A stretch of DNA of 64,000 nt from the human T2T-CHM13v2.0 reference genome, Homo sapiens. Below are positions 56,347 to 64,000 of the stretch, piece by piece. The stretch is taken from the NCBI RefSeq assembly GCF_009914755.1, contig NC_060940.1, one strand, 5' to 3'. The position numbers were made by a program, and so were the translations under genes. The notes beneath the pieces are model-generated. The model was given only the letters and a program-made list of their open reading frames with translations, had not been told where the DNA came from and made no database searches. How positions within the stretch are numbered: position 1 is the stretch's first letter; each line of letters begins with the position of its first letter.

Positions 56347-58669
56347 TGAGTAGCTGGGACTACAGGCCTGTGCCACTATGCCTGGCTTATTTTAAAAAAT
56401 TTTTTGTAGAGATGGTGTCTTGCCACTCCTGGACTCAAGTGATCCTCCAGCCACAGCCTCCCAAAGTGTTGGAATTACAGGTGTGAGCCACTGTGTCCAG
56501 CCTCTGGTGTAATTTTAAGGAGCCCTCCCCAACCCTCTCTTCCCCTTTTCCTTTTAAAAACAAATCTCCCCACATACCATAAAGAGACAGAGAAGGCCAG
56601 GTGCGGTGGCTCACGACTGTAATCCCAGCACTTTGGGAGGCCGAGGCAGGCGGATCACGAGGTCAGGAGTTTGAGACCTGACCAACATGGTGAAAACCCC
56701 ATCTCTACTAAAAATACAAAAACCAGCTGGGTGTGGTGGTGTGTACCTGTAATCCCAGCTACTTTAGGAGGCCAAGGCAGAAGAATTGCTTGAACCTGGG
56801 AGGCGGAGGTTGCAGTGAGCCAAGATCGTGCCACTGCACTCCAGCCTGGGTGACACAGCAAGACTCTGTCTCAAAAAAAAAAAAAGAAAGAGACAGAGAA
56901 ATCAACTTACCGATGTAAACAGCAACCTGCTGCAGAAGCCAGAGATACGTCATCATTTGCTCTGCTAAAGGCTCGTAAAAATATCATTGCAGTACACTGT
57001 GTTTTCTGCATATAAAACTGTCATCATGCAAGGGCTATTTTATTGTTTCAGGAATCTGAAAAATGCATTTTGGAATATGAAACACAAAATATAATTATAG
57101 CTTTGATTAGCAAAATGCACAAGGGAGCTTGAACTGTAATGTTTAATCACTTGCTGGGCACTCTCTGCATGTCCACGGTACACTCTACTCCTGGTGGGTC
57201 AGCTCAGGGATACAGCACGTCTCACTTCTCACATGAACTGTGTGCCCAGCCCTCTCGGTGGCCAGACCATGTGAGTGTCTTGAACAAAAGGGGCCGTGTG
57301 TCTTGTTCCTCTGCAGCTCCCAGCCCAAAGCACAATGCCTGGCACACACCATAAATGCACAAGTGCATGCTGCATGAATGAACGAGTAAGTGAAGAAAAG
57401 CTGGCAGTTTCCTGCTGATATAATGGAGAAACAGAAGGACTTTTGGGTTGTGGCTGGGCACGGTGGTTGACCCCTGTAATCCCAGCACTTTGGGAGACCG
57501 AGGCAGGCAGATCACTTGAGGCCAGGAGTTCGAGACCAGCCTGGGCAACATGGAGAAACCCCATCTCTACCAAAAATACAAAAATTAGCCAGGTGTGGTG
57601 GCACACGACCTGTATAGTCCCAGCTACTTGAGAGGCTGAAGCATGAGAATCACTTGAACCAAGGAGACAGAGGTTGCAGTAAGCCAAGATTGTGCCACTG
57701 CACTCCAGCCTGGGCAGCAGGGCAAGACTCTATCCCCCCGCCCCCAGACCTCCGAAAAAACAAACAAACAAAAACAAACAAAACAACCTACTGTGTTGTA
57801 ACTACATAGGAGTTACTTAGTCCAATGACATGGCTGAGGTCGTAGTGGGAAAGACTGGCTCATGGAGGACCTGATAAGCACCAAAACCAGATCTAGCCAA
57901 ACAAGGCCTTTGGGATGAATTCAAGTCCTGGCCCTGCCACAGTCAGCTGAGGAATGCTGGGGGAAATTACTTAACCTTCTGAACCTCAGCTTCTTCATCT
58001 GTAAAATTCATCTACTCAACAGAGTGGAGCAAAGTGAGCAAGGTGGAGAAGAAGTGAGAGAGGGGGCCTGAAAACCACAGGTGGCACAGAGAGCTGGCTT
58101 TCCTCCAGGAATCCTTTCTCCCCTGCCTGGCCACGGACATTTCCCAGCATCCCTTGCAGCTAGGTAAGGTCATGTGACTGCATTCTGGCCAATGAAAGAG
58201 CACAAATAACTTGTACCATTTCTGAGCCCGTCCAGCAGCCCATTTTCCATACCCTGGTTGGCTTCCTCTCCACTGTGATCCTGCCCAGAACAGATTGGTA
58301 GCATTTCAGTATCACTTACAAAGCACTTGCTACATAACTCCTCCCAGCTCCCTAGAAGGCAGGCACTCCTTCCTCCTCGGGCTCTGAACATGCTATGCCC
58401 TCTGTCTGGTACACACCCCAGCCTGTCCTCCCTACTCATCCCCTGGCCAACTTGACTGCTCATCCCTCAGGTCTCAGCTTAGATATCACCTCCTTCATGA
58501 AGCCTCCCCTGAACCCCAGGAGTTAGTCGCTCTTAGCTTCATTCTACAGATGAGAAAACTAAGGAACAGAGAGGTTATGTGACTTATCCCAAATCACATG
58601 ACTAGAGTTGGGTTTGAAGCTGGTGCGGGCTGAATCCAGAGCTTTCAATGCAGTCATCACTTCCTTAAC

Positions 58670-58865
58670 CAGCGCTTCTAAAAGTATGGGACCAGCTGCC
58701 GCAGCAGCCACTGCAGCAGCCTCACCTGGCAACTTGCTGGTAATGCAAATTCTCAAGCCTCACTACAGACCTACTAAATTAAACTCTGGGGATGGGTCCA
58801 GCAATCAAAGTGTAAGCAAGTCCTGCTGGGGATGCTGATGTGCACTGAAGTTAGAGAAACGCTGG
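58670..58865 (+). mobile_element. MER5A hAT DNA transposon (preceded by a MIR fragment at ~58530-58660)
   Basis: aatgcaaattctcaagcctcactacagacctactaaatt...gatgctgatgtgcactgaagttagagaaacgctg. Confidence 0.7.
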
Positions 58866-59138
58866 CCTAGGGCAATTTTCCGCAGTTTAGCCACCTACTT
58901 CCGGGTGCTTCCTCTGGCTTGCTAGTCCTTGCTAGAGCTCGAAAGCTTCACAGCTGGAGAACAGAACGCCATCCACCTTCTGACTCTGGAGCCATTTGAG
59001 ACGCTTCTCTAGGAGTCCCACAGCCCTGGGACTTTGGGGGTTGTGGGGAGCACTGTTATTTTCTGCTTTATCATCAGCGTGTTAGTGACTCACTCCTTCC
59101 TTTGTCTGAAGCCTTCTTATATGGTTGGGCACGGCTCA

Positions 59139-59525
<387 letters not shown>

Positions 59526-60061
59526 CTAACCACCTTCTAGGAGCCTTCTCAGTTCATCAGGGTAATAACCTGCAGCTTTCAGGTCAGCAGAACCAATCTC
59601 CCTCAACAAAAAACACTGATTCTTTTAAATTAGTTCAACCTGCCGCTATTACTTTGTCTATAGCCCTGATCATTCAGTTGTTCTGCTTCAGGTGTAAGAA
59701 CTGGACCAGAAATAGTGAATCCCGGAGAACGAGCTTGAACAAGTCCAAGCTTCTGCTGTTCACCCTTGGCTTTCTTCACACAGCTCCCAGAGTCCCGGCA
59801 ACCAGACGACAACCCTGCCAAAAACTGGACAAGACTGCTTTGGGGACTCTCCCCACAGCAAGATAACAACCCTAAAGACATCCTTCCCGGGTGGGCATGG
59901 TGGCTCATGCCTGTAATCCCAGCACTTTGGGAGGCGGGTGGATCACTTGAGGTCAGGAGTTTGAGACCAGCCTGGCCAACACAGTGAAATCCCATCTCTA
60001 CTAAAAATACAAAAATTAGCTGGGCACGGTGGCATGTGCCTGTAGTCCCAGCTCATACTCA

Positions 60062-60295
<234 letters not shown>

Positions 60296-61899
60296 TCACA
60301 TTTCATCAGCCAAAACTCAGCCGTGTGGCCCTACCGAATGGTAAGGAAGCCTAGGAAAATTCATCCAGGGAGCACCCCAGGAGGACGAGAACATGGGTAC
60401 TGGTGACCCATAGCTTTCTCTGCCACATAATACAGTAAAATGTTTTAAAAGCAAATCAGAGATTTTTTTTTTTTTAAATAGAGACCGGGTTTCACCCCGT
60501 CAGCCAGGCTGGTCTTGAACTCCTGGGGTCAAGCAATCCTCCCGCCTCAGCACCCCCAAAGTGGCTGGGATTACAGGTGTGAGCTACCACACCCAGCCAG
60601 TGATATATCCGTAATCAGCCAAAAAGTACTGTACAGTTACAAAAAGCACAAGAAAAACAAATTGGTGGATCTTTTTTATTTTTTGAGACAGAGTCTCGCT
60701 TTGTTGCCCAGTCTAGAGTGCAGTGGTGCAATCTCAGCTCCCTGCAAACTATACCTCCTGGGTTCAAACGATTCTCGATTCTCCTGCCTCAGCCTCCCGA
60801 GTAGCTGGGATTACAGGCTCATGCCAACATGCCCAGCTAATTTTTGTATTTTTAGTAGAGATGGGGGCTCCCTATGTTGGCCAGGCTGGTCTCAAACTCC
60901 TGACCTCAAGTGATCCACCTTCCTCAGTCTCCCAAAGTACTGAGATTAAAGGCCTGAGCCACCACGCCCCTGGCCCAAAACACCGGTAGCTCTTGGAATG
61001 TACACCGATGATTATGTGTAAACTGTGACCACTTCAGTTCTGTCTTCTGGCCTCCCCATTCCCTGCAGAGGATAAGAACTTCGGACCCCACCCCCTTCTT
61101 TGAGAATGGGGGCTGAGAGGAGGGCGGACGCCAATCCCAGCCATGTTACACTGAAATTCATGTCCTTGAGAGGTTTTACTGTAGTTGTTGAATTAATAGC
61201 TGAACAAAGGAATGAACATCGGGTGCTGTGGAGGCCACACAGAAGGAAGACACCTGCATACGCCATCTCTGAACTCTACCTCCTTCCACCTGCCTCTTCC
61301 CCAGCTCAGCTTAAACAGCACTTGCTACAGGAAGCCTTCCCCCATAACCCTCTCCCCTTTACACACACAGTGGGCATTCTCAGCTCCCACCTGCTTGCTC
61401 TGTATTCCCATTTACTCCATCTCGCTTTTTAGAATCTGTTTATGTGACTGGCTTCCTCTTAGGGAGCTTCTGTGGGCCTGGGGATCACTCTGACCCTCGG
61501 TTTCCTCCTCGCTAAAAACATTAGGATAGACTACGTGACTCAATTCGCTGTGACTTCACAGCCTGTCCAGGGCCCTCAACCACAGGGCTCTTGGCCATCA
61601 GATGTCTCCCGGGGCCATAGACTATGACACTGTGTGCCAGGCACTGTTCCAAGCACCTGACATATACATACTCATCTACTCTTTCCAAGGATACTAAGTG
61701 GTAGATACTAATACTGTACCCATTTTACCGATGAGAAAACCGAGGGCCAGAGAGCATAAATGAGCTAGAATTCCAACCCAGGACTCCAGCCCTAGTGTTT
61801 CCTGCTTTCCTGGCTGAAGAAGCACCCACCACCGAGGTCCCAGAGGTCGGGCTCCCTGGGACCGTCCCCCTGGGCAGATCTCACTTCCCCATGCGGCCC

Positions 61900-63230
61900 A
61901 TCTGTCACACTCAGGGCGCAGCTGGGCTGGTTCCCCGAAATCCCCCAGGCGCGCGCAAAAGGATCTAGGCCGGGGCTTACCCGGGAGGCCCCCACCCCCG
62001 CGCGGCCACCGGCTTATTAATGCCCAGCCCCTTGGCACACATGTCAGCAGCGCCTGCCAACAAACTCCCGCAGCCAACAATGCAGCAAGGGCGCGTCTAT
62101 ACAGTCCTGGAGGTTCCGGGAATTCGGGCTGACGCAGGCCTCTAGTTCAGGGGAAAGGTGGGGGATGCGGCTCTGAGCCCTGCAGGGGACAGGAAGGCAG
62201 CGATGCGCCCACACTCTAGGGGCCCCGAGGGGGGAGGCCCCCAAACTCTCTGTCACTTGCAGCCAGATCACCGCCCATTGCTTGCCAATTGCTTTCCATA
62301 TCCACATCGCCTTTAATCCGCACAACTTCCCCATTTCTCCAAAGCAAGCACTTAGCCCCAGAGAGTTTAACAACCAGAGGAGAAGCGCCCCCACACTCTC
62401 CTTCCATGCCTTCTCCGGCCCCATTCCCAAGCCCAGACCCAGCACGCTCCAGACGCCAGCTGCACCCGGGCGCACAGGCCTGCAGCGCGGGCTCCCAGCC
62501 CCCCACAGCCTTGCCGGCCGCGGTCCACACCTACCTCCCTCGGGCAGACAGGCGCGGCAGCCGCTGCCCACGGCCGCGAGGGTCCAGAGGAGTTGGCAGA
62601 GGCTCGCGGCCCGGAGCTCCAGGGTGCAGGGCGGGCGGGCCCCCCGAGAGTGCCGGGGAGCGGAGAGCGGGGAGCGCTAGCTGGCGCTCCGGGCAAGCAG
62701 CTGGGGCCACGCGGGGTAGATGGACCGATCCCAGGGCGCGCGGGGCAGTCGGAGTGATCCCAGGAAGGGCGCAGGGGCCGTTGGGACGATCCCGGGATGT
62801 GGGAGCGCGTGCCAGGGGGGACTCGCGTGCAGGCGACAGCGAGCGGGACTCGGGTGGCTGCAGGGCCGGGAGTGCGGGCGCTCGATCCAGGAAGGAGGGG
62901 AGCTGAGGCTGAAGCTGGGGCTGGTCTAGGTTGAGCAGAAGCGGGCGGGCAGGGGCGGGGCTGGCCTGGCGGGCGCACGGCGTGGCGCTCACGTGGCCGC
63001 CCCCAGGTGGCCATCACAGCGCCTGCAGCCGCCTAGCGGGCCTCCTGGCTCCGGCGCTGGCTCCCAGCCCCAGGTGCAATGGTTAGCGCTAAGTCTTGGC
63101 TCCCCCTGCTGAGTACACAGTGTCCGGTTCTCCTGCTCAAGGCTGGCCTAGCATCCGGCAGCGAGGGGGCAATTCGAGGGAGTGACCAACTTCCGTCCTC
63201 TCCCGCCGCGCCTCGCCATTCTCGCCTGCT
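61900..63230. promoter_or_regulatory. CpG island / TATA-less EEF2K promoter
   Basis: Very high GC and CpG density; GC box GGGGCGGGG 62952-62960; E-box CACGTG 62990-62995; CTCF-like motifs at 62995-63013 and 63157-63175. Confidence 0.9.
62535..62940 (-). other. EEF2K: EEF2K exon 1 (non-coding 5'UTR)
   Basis: GC-rich, AUG-free segment within the CpG island ending at donor GAG|GTAGGT (intron starts 62534); 5' end approximate. Confidence 0.85.
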
Positions 63231-63669
63231 TCTCGCTTAGTTCCTGTATTCCTGTCCTTTCCAAAATCATTAGTGATCCAAGCCCATCGCTTGTTTGTAT
63301 GTATCTCTATCCATAACCTTAAAATATTTTTTATCGGAAATACTTTGTTTTTCCTGATTTCTGCTTTGTAAAAACAGGCACGTATGACGATTGCAATTAT
63401 TTGTGTAGTTTTAAAATTAGTATCTCCTTTAGTTATTCCTAACTCTTGACACAGGGCCTGGGTGGCACACAGTAGATGCTTAATAAATACCTGTGGCATG
63501 AGTGGTAGAGTGGCTAAGGTATAAAAAAGAAAACGAATTAAAACTAATAGCTACTGTGAACACTTTAATATTAGGTCCTTCCAGATACTTTGTTAGTGAA
63601 ATTTTAGAAATTTCACACATTCTAGATAGAAAAGTAGTAACAATGACATGTTTTGAGGGATTTCTCTCA

Positions 63670-63998
<329 letters not shown>

Positions 63999-64000
63999 TG

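Noticed and set aside
62044-62929. Overlapping long ORFs on both strands in the CpG island
   Set aside because: Expected from stop-codon scarcity in GC-rich DNA; only the AUG-initiated frame that splices into exon 2 was kept as a finding.
63073-63140. GGTGCAATGGTTAGCGCT resembling a tRNA D-arm/A-box
   Set aside because: No properly spaced B-box (GTTCRA) or cloverleaf stems; not a tRNA gene.

Overview
Human (primate) genomic DNA with very dense Alu content. It carries the 5' ~60 kb of EEF2K (eukaryotic elongation factor 2 kinase, an alpha-kinase) on the minus strand. The CpG-island promoter and non-coding exon 1 lie at ~62.5-63.0 kb and the AUG is in exon 2 (43483). Coding exons 2-15 (codons 1-588) join in frame through GT-AG introns, and the C-terminal exons lie beyond position 1. 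Nearly all other ORFs in the track are Alu-derived or GC-rich chance ORFs. The introns hold dozens of Alus, several solo LTRs (THE1C, MER51, an ERV1-like LTR inside an Alu, MLT1, MER21, LTR16/33-like), DNA transposon relics and L1 fragments. I see no evidence of a wholly new biological system. The best leads are candidate regulatory layers on EEF2K: a poison alternative acceptor before exon 15, a recursive-splice-like exon 14, an intronic polyA site and circRNA potential at exon 2, a TSS-dependent overlapping upstream ORF, the Arg361 allele completing the RxRxxS motif of Ser366, and antisense LTR promoters. Repeat family names are from recalled consensus sequences, not a RepeatMasker run.
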